From: Amoebidium appalachense
Lineage: Eukaryota; Protista; Ichthyosporea
DNA length: 64,000 nt
Direction of reading: 5' to 3'
NCBI GenBank assembly: GCA_963693365.1
Contig: CAVNZM010000009.1
Coordinates: 5,152,245 to 5,216,244, forward strand
This document shows, piece by piece, positions 47,470 through 62,509 of the stretch; position 1 is the first letter of the stretch, and each line of letters begins with the position of its first letter. Made by a program: the position numbers and the translations under genes. Under the pieces are notes generated by a model. That model was not told where the DNA came from. It worked only from the letters and a program-made list of their open reading frames with translations, and did not search any database.

Positions 47470-47977
47470 ACCACATCGGCTGAATCAACTTGCTCTGGGC
47501 AGCGTTATTCTAAAAAAAAGCAGAAGATAATTATCTGCAAACAGCAGAATTATTATGCAAAAGGCAGAAATATTCTGCAAAAAGCAGAATTATACTGCAA
47601 AAAGCAGCCTGATCACGTTGGATTCTTCTGCTGTGAGCAGAATCAGAGCCTGCTCGTCGAGAGGAATAATTTCTCTTTTAACAGAATCACACTGTCTTTA
47701 GCAGAACTGTTCTGCAAAAGGTAGAATTATTCTGCTCAAAGTCACGGTAGCAGAATCAACTTTCATTATTAGTAAGCAGAATTATTCTGCTTCTCAAGCA
47801 GAATAACTCTGCTTTGGCAGAATAGTTCTGCTTTTGAAGAACAGTTCTGCTTTCATGATCAGTGGAATAATTCTGCTCTTTGGCAATGCGTAAAAAAGCA
47901 GAATAACTGTACAATTTGCAGAATAATTCTCCTCGAACGAATCAAGCAGTTTTGATTCTGCCCATGTAAATGGGCCC
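47468..47977. mobile_element. Second, diverged copy of the Harbinger-type MITE
   Basis: Starts CAACCACATCGGCTGAATCAACTTGCTC, homologous to the 32034 copy, with its left tip merged into a poly-G tract. Same GCAGAAT..ATTCTGC arrays; ends ATGTAAATGGGCCC followed by TAA. Confidence 0.7.
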
Positions 47978-48289
47978 TAACTAGGAAACTTCAAGGCACA
48001 TTATGACGAACCGTCCAGCGAGTGTACATGTGCGAGTAAGGTACGTTGCTGGCACGCATGATCGAGTCGAATTCCAAGAAAGAAATGCAGCCCACATTGT
48101 GTCCCGACAGTTTGCCTTATTCGTTCGAGTTCGTTACGTATACAGTATGTGGAGTGCAGAACTCGAAATAGAAATATACTAGATGGGCAAAAGGTCTGAC
48201 TCTGAATGCATGAACTGAAACTTAGTAAATGTTGTCAAATGTTATGGGCTCCGAGGTGGCCACGCAACGAAGGGCTGGGGAGAGGGGAA

Positions 48290-48325
<36 letters not shown>

Positions 48326-48498
48326 GTGATCCATAGCTTTTGGAAGCACTAGAATCCGAGAATTCTGTGCACAATTATTGTGCAAACTTGGAACGATTGA
48401 GAGGGAGGGGGCGGGACGGGGCCGCAGGGGGGGGGGGGGGGGGGGGGGGGAGGGGGGGGAGGGGGGGGGGGGGGGGAAGGGGAGGGTAGAAGGAACAC

Positions 48499-48640
48499 GC
48501 TGTTTATGAACGACATGTATGTGAGCTGTGATGCGGTGCCGGCACCAATGGCAATAAGATACACATATATGTAGATAACAAAGTTACAAGATTGAATAAT
48601 CATACATTATCATGATACGTGGACATGTAACAAAGTTTCC
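48499..48640. repeat. Dispersed repeat family 2, copy 2
   Basis: Homologous to 25439-25598. Confidence 0.75.
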
Positions 48641-48666
48641 TTTTTCCAAAATTTCTTTCTTTTTTT

Positions 48667-48697
<31 letters not shown>

Positions 48698-49311
48698 TTG
48701 ATGATCATAATAATGACTATGATAATGCTATACTTAATAATGCACCTTCGTCAGCATTTGAAGCTTGGCGGTATGAATTTTGTCCAGACAATCCATACTA
48801 TCTTTTCCAATAGTAGAAACTCGCCAGAGTTAAGGATGAAATCATGCACGGTACGTAAATTTCGGCAGGTCTTTCGTTGTGGTATGGTGTGGGGGCCTGG
48901 GTAAACCGGGTGTGTATGTCTGGAGGAATACAGGTTGAGAGCAAATTTAAACCACACTTTTGGGGGCATGTTCGTTTATATAGGCTGAGCAAGTGGCGGT
49001 GTTTTTTGTAATGTTTCGGAAGGTAATCGCATGTGACATGTGCACGGGTGCACGGGTGTACATGTGTGCGTACTGTGCACGTAACTCTGTGCATAGCCAG
49101 TGTGTATATCAGGCTCATGAGACGGTCTGCTTGTGTGCGCACTTGCATATTGTTGGCATATCGTGTGTAAAGATGTGTTATATGTGCAGTGTAGTGACGG
49201 GTGTATTTTCACGTATGTACTGTATGTTGCCTCGATTTGTATATACACCATGCGGCAGTGCCTGTGAGGCTGAGTGAGTGAGTGTGTGTGTGTGTGTAAT
49301 ACGTGTGTGTG

Positions 49312-49385
<74 letters not shown>

Positions 49386-49970
49386 ACAGCGTTCTCAGCA
49401 AGCTCTCTTTCTCTCTCTCTCTAGTCTCGGCTCTCACTCTCTTTCCCTTTCTCTCTCTGCGTGTATGTGCGACGGTGTGTATGTCTATCACGAGATATCT
49501 CTCTTTCTCTCTCTTTGTGTGTGATACTAAGTGGTGTGTGTGTGTGTGTGGTGAGTGTATGTGTGTACGTGTCTGGGAAGGCACTGTGTGCATACAGTCT
49601 GTGTGTGCGGGCGCACGCACACACACAGACACAGACACACACACACACACACTCTCTCTCTATCTCTCATAATCACACACACATGCAAACACACACACAC
49701 GCGCGCACACACACCTACACACACAGCGTCACATACACGAACACGCACACATGCGCACACACGCGAACATGCACACACACCCACCCACCCACCCACCCAC
49801 CCACACCTACACCCAGTACTGTCCCACAACCACACACACAGAGGGCTCATGACATTGTGGCGAAATCCAGTGGACTGTGACACACCACACACCATATACA
49901 AAGCTTCACCCATGGCATACAATATTACGAGGGGGGGTACGGTAGGGGTGGGGTGTCGGGGGTGTGTGTG

Positions 49971-50100
<130 letters not shown>

Positions 50101-50565
50101 GATCGTAGTCACTGCATCTGAAGTTACTTTCGACACATTTTTATTTGAGTCTCCTTATTTCAGGCAGTCGATACTGAAGAAAGTATCCACCAGGAACCAT
50201 TTACACTTTGGGGAAAAAACCCACCGGTCCATATTTGCCAGACCAAACGAAAACAAAAAAACGGACGTCACACACACATCACCACCGAAAAAAACATGAA
50301 ACAGAGAGAGGAAAAAACAAATGCAAAAGAAAGGGCACACCTTACACAGAACATAAACATACACACAGCCGATTCTATAAATGAATCCTTTATCGAAAAC
50401 GGCCAAATCCCAACCATAATCACAATGGGAACAATAACGTGTCCGATCGACAATTTCGCCACCCTTTCAAGCAAAATTCCAAAAACCAGTCAGAAGAAAA
50501 ATCTAAAAATCGGTAAATAATATCGGAAAATGCAGATATTTGTAGCTGTTTACCGCAACACCCGT

Positions 50566-50996
50566 TCAAGGGGATGGGCTGCGAGCGCGGCGGCGCCCTC
50601 CACCTCCGCCTCCCCTCCTGCATCCGAGAAGAACCGATCAGTGACCAGAAGCGTATTTTGGTGGGCCAATCAAAACATCACATTAGGATTGCCTAAAACC
50701 ATGCGGACCAATCAATCCAACAGGCGGATATCATCTCGACTTGGGGTGTCTTTAAATGAACCGTGTGAAATCAAAACAGGTTCATCTCTCGATTAATCAT
50801 CCAACGTGTCCACCTTTGGCAATCATGCCCCCCCCCCCCCCCCCCCCCCCCCCCTCTCGCAGCTCAATATATAATACACCGAAGCGGGGAGGCACACGCG
50901 CATGCATATGAACACACGAACATGAACATGCGCACGGACACACGTACACACACACACACACACCCCCCCCCCTCCCCCCCCCCCCCCCCCCCCCCC

Positions 50997-51029
<33 letters not shown>

Positions 51030-51251
51030 CCCCATCCCCCTACCCACCCATCCACCCACGAGCAAACACAGAGAAACAGACACACACAAACAAACACAGA
51101 GAAACAGACATACGACACACAGACAAGAGGTATACAGGCACGCAGAAATGTGGACACACACATCCACATCCACTTGAGCAAAAAAACACACAAAAGGAAA
51201 CACAGAAAACAGACATGCATACAGGCAAGAGACATAGAAGCACACAAACAG

Positions 51252-51298
<47 letters not shown>

Positions 51299-51366
51299 AA
51301 CAGACACCACACACACACAAAACATGCATATAGACAAGAGACAAACAGGCCTGAGTACACCCACGC

Positions 51367-51404
<38 letters not shown>

Positions 51405-51719
51405 ACAAAAAAAAACAAACAAAAAAAAAACACGTATACACACACATACCCTCCGCGGCGGCCCGCACCCTGGCCTCCCTGGTTGCCTGCGGGGGGCGCA
51501 CGAACGCCCAGTCCACGGTCACGGTGGTGTCAAAGAGCTGTGTGCCGTTGAGCTCATCGATGGCTGCCTGTGCCTCCTTGAACGTCTCGTACTCGATCAG
51601 AGCATAGCCCTACGTGTACGTGTACGTGTGTGTGTGTACGTGTGAGTGTGAGTGTGTACGTGTGTGTGTGTACATGTGTACGTGTGTGTGCTTGTGTGCG
51701 TGTGAGGGGACGGAGAAAG

Positions 51720-51754
<35 letters not shown>

Positions 51755-52270
51755 GGGGGGGGAGGGGGGGGGGGGGGTTAGAATGTGCTACAGAGTGCTT
51801 TGCACTCATTTGCGAAGCAGAACCACAATGCCAGATTTTGCATACAGAAAGCACACAGCATAAACAAGCTTTGACCCAACCTCGAAATACTGGAGGGAGG
51901 GGGGAGCGGCGGGGGGGGGGGGGGGGGGATGAGGATGTATCCACTTATTACAAGGTAGCAACCATTGTAAGCAAAGACATGGAAAAGCGACAAAGATCAA
52001 AACACAAAAAACGAAACCAAAGCCTGCTGTCGGAAGGGTATTGGGCAGATGACAGGACGCCAGGATCCGAGCAACACAGGCACATAGGAAGAAGGGTGCA
52101 TAGCACATAGATTGACGGTGGGTAGGTGGGTGGGGTGATAAAGAAGAAGGTTGGGGTGGGTGGGTGGGTGGGTGGTGGTGGTGGTTGTTGGGGGGGAGGG
52201 GGTTTGAATGCGTCATACAGTATGAAGTACACATGAACAACGGATAATCACACGATGCAGAGTGCAGCGG

Positions 52271-52311
<41 letters not shown>

Positions 52312-52560
52312 AAGGAGTCCCCCGTCAATGTCCTAAAAATCTACTACCGACTGAGTAAACAAGACAGGAAAGAAAGAAAGAAGGAGCAGACGGCAGTTTC
52401 ATGAAAGGCTTGAGAAACGCTCTAGTACCCCCCCCACCCCACACACACACACCCTGCCAAGCACGCTCAAAAAGCGAACATAATGCACCCGGGCATCCAG
52501 ACACACATGCCCCCATATCATGCATAAAGCGAGAGTGCATATACACGCCTACAAACCAAG

Positions 52561-52600
<40 letters not shown>

Positions 52601-53617
52601 CACCCCAAACAACCCCACTCATTCACTAAACAATACACAAAAGCCACTCCCTCCAACACCCCTCCCCATCCACAGGTCACCGCCTCATCCCCATCTCCCC
52701 CACCTCCAACACGCACACACATACCCTACCCCCCCCTACCCCCCCCCCCCCCCAAAAAAAAAAAGAAAAGAAAAGAAAAAAAAACCATACACACACACAC
52801 ACACACAAATACCCTCGACCGTCCTCCCCCCTCCCCCCCTCCCCCCCCCCCCCCCTTTTTGTGTTCCCTCACTTTCCCCCCACCCCGTTCCACCCCCTTT
52901 CCACCCCCCCCACGCACCCACCTTGACGAAGCCGGTCCTGCGGTCGAGGTTGAGGTGCAGATTCTTGATCTCCCCATACTCCCCAAACTTCTCCATGATG
53001 TGCTCCTCCTGCGCCTCCTCGTGGATCCCCGTCGCAATCACAATCCACCCCTCCACAGCTGCAAATTTCCGGAATTCCGGGTTTTTAGCATTACGTTTTT
53101 CCGTCAGGAATGATTTTACAACATAACAGGACTTTTTTGCGGTTCCCCCGTTGGAGCATGTTCCATCGAAGTTACATTTATAGCAAAAATGCACCACCGC
53201 AATACTGCAGTCCATCATCTCATCTTCCCTCCTCCTCCCCTCCCCCCCCCCCCAAAACACCCCTTCTCCCCAGCAGCATCGATTCGTCTTTCCCCGTGAT
53301 TGCAACCAAACTAATGGCAACTACTGCGTGCTTCGTCAAAACGAATCCAAAAAAGGCTGCTTCGATACAAAACACATGCGATATTCATCCTCCCCCCCCT
53401 CCCCCCCCCCCCCTCCCTCCCTCATTCGCCGGGTCCCCGTGTACACGGGCGCGTGCACACATGTGGATATGATGGGCAGGCGGGCGGGAGGGGGGGCAGG
53501 GGGGGGGGGGGGGGGGGGTGTACGCATGCACATTGCGTACAATTGATTGTATGTGCACGTAGAAGTCTGTACAAGGAGCCAGAGAAACACATGCGACAGA
53601 AACAAATATTGTCGAAA

Positions 53618-53687
<70 letters not shown>

Positions 53688-54631
53688 ATGTGCGTGTATA
53701 GAGGCGGAGGGGGTGAGGTGGGGTGGGGTGTTGGTGGTGGAGGAGGTGGGTGGGTGGGTGGGGAGGAGGGGGGGAGGGGGTGGTTGCATACATCTTTGTG
53801 GGCCGGGCCCCTTGCCCGAATCGACATCCAAAGACTCGTACCGTGCCTTGCTGTCGTCATTGCGTTGACCTGTCACACCCCATCCAATCAGATTGGCCAT
53901 ATTAGGGACGACCCACAGAAGCATCGTGACCGACAATCAATAGAAACACTTCTGCCCGCACCACATGGGCGGTGACTGCCCTGGCACACCTAGACGAATC
54001 AGCATACAGATCCGCTCCAGATAAATGTGCCTTTGTAATTTTTTTTTTATGTACCATCATGATGTATAATTTCAAAATATTCAATGGCATAATGTCATGT
54101 GACTGAAGCATCAAGTCATAATGACGATTGACAAAACTTGAAAACAGAGATCAGATATCAGCGATCAGAGCGTTTGCCTGTAATTGGAGCAATCTCCATT
54201 TTTAGGCATGCGGAAACCACCACAGATTATTCATGCAGGAATGCCGATTTAGCCGATAAGCCACTCCCTGCCACGTGGGCCCACATCTACCCCCCCCCCC
54301 CCCTGGCCTCTACGCCACCCTAACCTCCTTCTATGTACCCATCCACCTCCCCTTCTCTCTCTCTCTCTCTCTCTCCCCCCCCCCCCTCCCCCCCTCCCCC
54401 CACCCCCCAAAGCCTATCCCCTCACCCTCACACAGACACACACACACCCTTCTCACCAAACCAGAGCCACAGTGCATGCAAAGTGCACTGTCTAATGCCT
54501 GTGGACCCCCCCCCCCCCCCCCCCCCCCTCCTTTGTCTCTTTCTCTCCACTCCCTCCCTCCATCTCTCTCTCTGTCTCTTTCTCTACAATCTCTTGTCCT
54601 CCATCTCACTCCCTTCCCCGCCACTCCTCCA

Positions 54632-54718
<87 letters not shown>

Positions 54719-55330
54719 AATCCTCACAGCACATGCATGCCCCCCCCCCCCCCCCCCCCCCCCCCCGGCCCCTCTTCCCCCTTGCAGCAACTGCATCAAA
54801 CCCTTCCTCACCCATCCGCCCTCTTCCAACACGATCCTCCCACCATTTCTTCCCAGATTCCAACAATATGCCACTCCGTGCCACCTATGATATGCCACGC
54901 CCTACATCACTCCCTATCTATCTGCCAGTACTATAAGCGCACAGAGAGAGCACGCAGGAAACGTAACGCCTATGGTTCCCAAGGTGGACTAATGGCTCGA
55001 CAGCGGCAGGTTGGGGGGGGGGGGGGGGGGGGGGGGGGAGGGGGGAGGAAGAAAAGGGAGAGATGGGGTGGGGGGGGTTTGGGGGTGGGTGGGTGGGTGG
55101 GTGGGGACGGGAAGGGAGGGAGGGAGGAGGGAGAACGGGGAGTGGGGGAGAGAGGGACAAGGAAGAAGATGGGGGTTGCTGAAAAAGGGAGAGGAACGGG
55201 GGTGGGAGGGAGGGAGGGAGGGAGGGAGGGAGGGAGAGCAGAGAGAGAGAAGGGGAGGGGGAGGAGCGAGAGAGAGGGAGGGAGGGAGGGAGAGAGAGAG
55301 GGGGGAGGGGAGGGGGGGGGGGGGGGGGGG

Positions 55331-55394
<64 letters not shown>

Positions 55395-55931
55395 TATAGA
55401 TAGATCTGGAAGTGTAATAAAAATGACCGGAACCAATTCCCCCTGGGCTATATTGCTGGGAGAAGGCACAATGTGACAAGGTACGCATAATAAGAAGGGG
55501 AGCAGGGGGGGGGGGGGGGGGGGGGGGGGTCGAGAAGGGAGGATACACTGGGGGAGAGGTACCCGGGAGGGGGGGGGGGGGGGGGGTGCGAGAGGGGGGG
55601 GGTGGGAGGGGGGGGAACAGATGCACATACCCGAGAAGCCACGACCCTTCTTTTTTGTGACCTGCGATTTCAACCGACGGGTCGAGTCTGCAATTTGAAA
55701 AAGTTAACCCAGCCGTAAGTCAATATCTCACAACCATGAATTAATAAGTTGGTGAATAGTAATAAGGGATAACCAGCATAAGCACCTAAAAACAAACTTT
55801 CTGTTGAGACACAGCGGGGGGGATATCGTTCCTAACCCCCCCCCCCCCCCCTCTCCCTCGGGGATTACATCCGCCCATTTTCCGAAACCCACTTGCATCC
55901 ATACTGTTAACTCTACTTCTTTCGACTGCAG

Positions 55932-55966
<35 letters not shown>

Positions 55967-56119
55967 GAAAGGATATCAACCCATGTAAACATTCGCTTCG
56001 TCACCATTTCTCCCGTTTGTGCCCTCCCCCTTCCCCCCCAACCCTCCCCCCCTTACCCCCAACAAACAAACACACACACACGCACCTCCACCCCCCCCCC
56101 CCCCCCCCTCTCTCTCTCT

Positions 56120-56195
<76 letters not shown>

Positions 56196-56576
56196 TGCGC
56201 GCATACATGTGCAGGCGCGCGCACACAACCATCCACCCACCGACCCACCCACACACACAAGCGGCCCAAGTCATGCCATGAACTCCCACCCAATCCCCTT
56301 CTTTCTCCTCAACAACCCTCACTTAGTAACACATACAGGCAAAACGAAGCAACAAAGCAGCAACACACAAAACATGGGCCAAGAAGGATGTAGAAACCAC
56401 TGAAAGGGGCAACAGGGTGTTTTTAAAGCTCAAACGGCTGTATGCTTAACTACTGCTCACAACCCTTCCTGGCCTTTATCCACACACCTTTCTAAACTCC
56501 ACCCCCTCTCCCCCCTCCCCCCCACAGACCTGTGTCCGACACAATCTTTTTGCCCAGGCCCCACACAAGCACAAAG

Positions 56577-56609
<33 letters not shown>

Positions 56610-57169
56610 ACTCCTACAACAAGCACACACGCACACAAACACCACACAACAAGAGCACACGTGTGCACACGCCGCACTCGCACACACAAACGCACACGCA
56701 GGGTCAGCCAGTCCTACCCACCCACAGCCCCTTCACACACATGCCGCACTCAATGCACGTCCCCCATCATTGACAACACCACCGTCGATAACAGCGATAA
56801 CCGTTCTGCCTCACTCTTGAGCAAAAGAGTTATTGTGCGACCAGACAAATATGAGCAATCACATTCACACCTAACACAAACACATCAGTGCCTTAATCAC
56901 GGCCCAGCACAAACAATTATGGCGCACACCTAACGGCTCTAAACACAACCGACTCATGCACACAAACACACACATAAACAAAAGCACACAAGTGCGTGCA
57001 CACACGCACACATTCACACACACACAAACGCACACTCACGACAGAGACAGACAGACACACACACACGCACACACACACACAAACACACACATGCTGGCAA
57101 GCACACACACACACAAACACACACACAAAAAAAGACACACACACACAATGCTGGCAAGCATGCACACAA

Positions 57170-57221
<52 letters not shown>

Positions 57222-57323
57222 ACCCTCCTATACACACACTGTGAACCTCAGCCCTTCACTCCAAAACTCACCGTCCTCCTCCTCATAGAAGTTGCCGTCA
57301 TCCATAACCTCATCGTCTGCCAT
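50566..57323 (-). CDS. RBM8A: RNA-binding protein 8A / Y14 (exon junction complex core), 6 exons
   Basis: Exons 57323-57272, 55687-55631, 53869-53792, 53058-52922, 51609-51450, 50617-50566. Translation includes [65 protein letters not shown]. The RRRARSPSP tail needs one extra base at the G6 run 51491-51496. Confidence 0.96.
52202..52267 (-). mobile_element. Short, diverged 3' fragment of the same family in a Y14 intron
   Basis: GTTTGAATGCGTCA..GAAGTACAC..AACGGATAA..ACACGATGCAGA matches the start of 18003 on the + strand; G-runs on both sides. Confidence 0.65.
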
Positions 57324-57566
57324 TTTTTTCCAAAGGTTGTTATATGCACGTTTGTGTTCCTGAAACAAAAAAATGCTTCCCTATAGCTTTCCAAAGTCCT
57401 CAAACTACAGCTTATAAAAGCAAGCAGAGCGTCTAACAGGGGGAAAAAAAAAACAAACCCCAAAAGTTTTAGTAGCAGCAAAACATACAAATTCTAATGC
57501 TAATACTTATAAGAACTTTGCAGTGATCATGACTCACGTGACGGCGGCTGGTGCATCTGCCCGAAG

Positions 57567-57577
57567 TGGCGCCAAAA
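57567..57577. promoter_or_regulatory. E2F-like site TGGCGCCAAAA upstream of RBM8A (identical 11-mer at 2408-2418 upstream of the beta-propeller gene)
   Basis: Matches the TTTSSCGC consensus on the minus strand, with CCAAT boxes nearby in both promoters. Motif match only. Confidence 0.35.
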
Positions 57578-57708
57578 AATCTTGGCCCGTCACCAATGAT
57601 CTATTTATAGGTCCATTGTCTATTAATGGATGGTATTTGCGCAATCACATTCACCATTGTCACCACAGTGGCAACCCAGCTGTGTGCGTGTGTGTGTGTG
57701 TGCGTGTG

Positions 57709-57744
<36 letters not shown>

Positions 57745-59767
57745 TGTGTGTGTGTGTGTGTGTGTGTGTCAGTGCGTGTACACGTGTATGTGTACCGTAG
57801 TGTGTGTGCGTGTACACATGTGTGCACCCGTGCGCGGCGTGTGTGCGTGTGAGTGGCATTGTGTTGCACACTGTGATCACATGCAGCTGTATGCACATGG
57901 CATTGCATCAGTGCCCTAGCCAATTACTATTGACTCGTGATCATGCAATCATATTTGGCGCCTGCACACACGGTGACCGGGCCTGGTTACACACGCGAAT
58001 GTGCACACGATGGTTTTTGGAATTACCCGAATTCAGCTTTTGAATCGGTAATCTTTGTGAAAAATGGCGCGTGGTGTGCACATGGGCATATATATGTGTT
58101 CAATGTCACTAGAAGGCTTCGCGACATATCCTAACTTAACCTATAATATTCTATTTCTATATATCACAATTAGCCAGCCTAACAAAGCCACGTACTGCAG
58201 CTGAATTCCGGATGTGGTTCATCCGTCGATATGATTCAAAGTTTGACAACACCGCCGTGCCAGAATAAATACTGGGACTGTCATATCATCCACTTGCAAG
58301 GCACCCCGTCCCGTTTCAACGAGGGTCTTTCTCAATATTTACCATGCATACATGCATGCACACGAACCCCCCCCCTCCCCACCGGTAACTCAATTGCAAC
58401 CTACCCAACCAGTCCATCCTTTTTGCAATATGAGTTCTTCTGAGTTGAGTAAACTTAGGTGACATTTTTAACACTGGAGCAACGTAATCAATCAAAGACA
58501 AGTTATTGCAGCCCAGAACAGATTTTGTTTAGGTGTTCTATCATTAACGGCAGAATAGCATTACTTTTGTCGTGCACTCTAGCTGGCCTGCGCATAATGC
58601 CGTATGATCGATTTGCAGAGTGACCTGCAGCTGGCGGAAGCTATGCCAAACCCATTGTCACCTATCAGATTCTCCAGGCCAACAACTTCTAGAAACAGCA
58701 TTGCCGGCGATTTTTAAGGTGACTCTACTATAATTGTGGCCGCTAAGCCTAAGACTAAGCCTAGGGAAGAGGGCACGGGGGGAAGGACCGGCCGTGCGGG
58801 GGGGGGGGGGGGGGGGGGGGGGGAGGCTGGCTCATATATGATATTGTTTTATGAAACCATTCGCCATGGAGACCTGAGACGACGAGCTTGCCTGAAGCAT
58901 ATACGGGCCCACGAATCACGAAGCGTTTACCACACAGAGTGGCTTTATTCATCAAATAGTTTCTAGTTAGTTTTTACTGATCCCACCCCACCAATACTTT
59001 TGTACAAACCACCGTCCATCATAGAAGCAAACACTAATATGCATATTAGTTTGTGTATGTGCATGGGCAAGCTTGCCGTCTTTCAAAAGGAATTTTTTAT
59101 TCCACATATGGAGATACAGTGCTAAGTATGGTGACTTCAAGACGGGGAAACCGCGGAAAAAGCCAGTGTGCTAGATACAACGGATGCCAAGTTAAAAAAA
59201 GAAAGGACGGATACAGGATGCAAGAGAACACATAGAAAAGAAAAGAACAACTGTGAACTTGTGCGCCTCCCCCCCCCCCCCCCCTCCCCCCCCCCCCCCC
59301 CCCCCTCCCCCGCCCCTGTGGTTTGCACTATGCATTATGTTGTCTGTTATGAATGTCTAGTTCTCTATGATGCGATCCAACCCACCCATGGCGGTGGATT
59401 AAAAGTGGATGTGTGTCATGCGAGAGAACAAGAAATAGCGGGATTGCCGGCCAAACAAAGAAAAATCTAAAAGGCAACCGTGCCTCTGATAGCAGCTAGC
59501 CCTTACAGAATTACCGTACCGTCCTTTCAACACATCATGGCACCTCTTCATTTCAACTTGATACCGTACACCCCTAAGAACCAGTGTGTGATGCAATCAT
59601 CATGATCGCGCCAGGTTTCATCACTAAAAACCTAGCCTAATCAGTATTTAGCTAAGCGCTCTTAGCTAACCGCTATAGTGCACAGCTTTCATATTTCCTG
59701 TCGTTGCGTGCACGTGTGATGTTCACCTGTTTAGCTCTTTACTCGCAAAACATCGTGCAGTAGCACT

Positions 59768-60109
59768 CTAGAAGTCCACCACACCCAGTTCCACCAACTT
59801 CGTCTCCAGCGTCGTTATCCTCTGTTTCAACATGGAATTCTCTGCCTCCAGGTCAAACAGCCTCTGTTTCTTGTTTGCTCGGTGTTTCCTGCACGACTCT
59901 GCCACCCTCTTTCTGCGCCTTTCGATCTTATCCTTTTCCTCTTGGTCCAAAGCCTCTACCTTCCGGCTCTCTCGTGCCCCGCCTCTCCCTGCGTCTTTTG
60001 GGTCGCCCGTTCTTTCTTGCTCGGCCACGGCAACAAGTATGGCGAGCGCGCTAGCGCTGTTGGACCCGTCATCCTTGGGTGATTCGGAACCATTCACAGT
60101 CACCTCCAT
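59768..60109 (-). CDS. Small intronless bZIP protein (113 aa)
   Basis: Basic region KIERRRKRVAESCRKHRANKK followed by a leucine heptad LEAENSM-LKQRITT-LETKLVE-L. Confidence 0.8.
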   Translation of the reverse strand: MEVTVNGSESPKDDGSNSASALAILVAVAEQERTGDPKDAGRGGARESRKVEALDQEEKDKIERRRKRVAESCRKHRANKKQRLFDLEAENSMLKQRITTLETKLVELGVVDF

Positions 60110-61771
60110 TTGGGAATAGTGGATGCTATTGCCGAGAACGGCCGGAGCAGAACGAGGACGGGTGGTTTGCCGAGAGGAACCAGGAAGTCAGGCTTGTGTG
60201 CGGTTATTTTTGTGTGTCTTTCTCTCACTTTTACTCTCTCTTGTGTGTATGTGTGTATGTGTGTCGATGTGTGCGTTTGTGTATAAATAGTTTATGTGTG
60301 CGTGTCTGCGCTTGCCTCCAGATGCTGCTCCAGCAATTGTGCGTCAAGGCGCAAACTATTGCATTCACAGATGAGAAAATCAAAACCGGTATAAACAGAA
60401 TAAAGCAACGGTAATTTTATACCTGCCTGAACTTCAAAAGGCAACGCTCTTAGACGTGTGAAAAGACCCTGCATCTATCTTGCAGCTCTGTGTTGCGCGC
60501 ACTGCTCTTCTGGTTGGTACAGGGGTTGTCCCAAGTGCAAATTCAACCAGATTCCGCGCACTAAAAACAGTCAGAATTTTGTTTGTGTAGTATGTTAAAT
60601 GGTATTATATATTGTTATCACTCTCTGTGCTTTACATCGAAGCTAGGAACCGAACAGCAAACTTGCACACAATTGCAACAAAACGAAGTTTTTTGGTTTT
60701 CAAAGGAAGCCTGCGGGCCGGGCCCGGGGTTGGCAACTCGCAAACAGAGGGCCAGAGTGTTTGCGCCAGGGTTTGCGCTAGCGACCGAGACTAAACCCGG
60801 GATCTGATTGGCAGTTGAGCATGTGGTATGCAACTCAGTGCTGTCGCAAACATTCTCTGCTTTATTTTAGGCTGCAGAACCTATTTTAGGCACCTGCGCA
60901 GCTGAGAGACAGAGGGCCAAGCTTGCGCAATTCAGGGTGAGAAACATTCATCCAGGGGTTCGAATGCGCATTCGTTGCACACACGCACTACCCTTGAATC
61001 ATCCGATCAAGCTTTCTCCCTCCCGCCCTCCCTCCCCCACTCCTACGGTACATGTCAAGAAGTCAAGCTTCATCCTTCCGTGCTTTAGGCTCCATGCTTC
61101 TGGGCTCTTATGTGGACACTTTGGTGGTATTTCAGGAGAAGCAACACAGGGCGTAGGCATTGTCTGTGGGCACTTGGTCCCTTTCCAGGCCTCGTTATCT
61201 TTGAAACTTGGTCAAGTCTGGAGGCAACGCTTTTTGGCTTATATGTGGCGACATGTTTTGAATTTCGGAGGGTGACTGAGCTGAGTAGAGCCAATTACGC
61301 CAATTGAGCACAGGTATGTTTCTATTAGAACAAGTTAACAAATGGCGTTCATGCAGGTTTAAAGGATATAAATGATGGCCGAAGGTTTGCTTCTTGGTTT
61401 GGAAAGCGCAGGGGCAAATATCTAGATAGAATTATCGGGCTTCGCAAGATACCTGACGCATGGGGATGCATTTTAGCCAGGCAGAGACCCAGTTTAACTG
61501 CCGAATACGGGTTGGGTTGTGGTAATGTTAATATACAAGCTCGCCACAAACACGTTGCTTGCTTGAGGGAACAGTAGTGCCTCTAGGCTGACATGGTTTT
61601 GTAAGAATATGAAATGGCACACGTGCATGGCGGAATATAGTATGCACACGGACTAAAAATGACACCTTAGGGGCACCGGTGTGGCTTGCCCTCACACTCC
61701 CTCCCCCCCTCCTCCCCGTTCCCCACACCTCGCTCCCTCCCACACACACCCCCAGCCACCCACTTCCCTCC

Positions 61772-61807
<36 letters not shown>

Positions 61808-61992
61808 CTTCTCCCCTCCGCTCCTTCTCCCTTCCGCTTGTCTATTCCTTCAAATCAACCTGGTTTTACACCTTGTGCACATCGGAAAAAATATGTTACG
61901 TCGTTTATGGTCTGTGTGAAAGCTCATCAGGCTGCTTTCGTTCCAGTAGAGCCAGTCGGAGCCGGGGCCAGTTTCAACTACGGCAGTGGGAG

Positions 61993-62314
61993 ATGGAGGA
62001 CCAGGTGAGCACAAACCCCGGCTCTTTGGTTTTGTAGAGATGACAGGTTGGGTGTTTCCGACTATAAAACAATATCATGACTAAAAAAAATATAATGACT
62101 TTGAAATAAGCTTGTACACGCAGCCCGCTCTCTCCCAACGGGCTCCCAAAGGACTGACCTCTGTTTTTTTTTTTTTTTGGCTTCGTGAGGCTTTGGGTTT
62201 TGTCTTTTGATGTCTCCTCCATATTACCAACCTGTTATGATTTTTGTGACGTTCTGTAGTCTGTCTTCTGATGTCTCCTAAGCATATTACCAACCCTATA
62301 ATGCAAACATCCAG

Positions 62315-62350
<36 letters not shown>

Positions 62351-62466
62351 TTCCCCTCCCCGCCCCCCGCCTTCGCCGTTTCATATATCTTGTGAGTATT
62401 CTTGTTATCTGGTGTGCTACTGGCCGAAACCTTATTACTTCCCAGATTCGGTCTTTTTCTCTTTGT

Positions 62467-62509
<43 letters not shown>

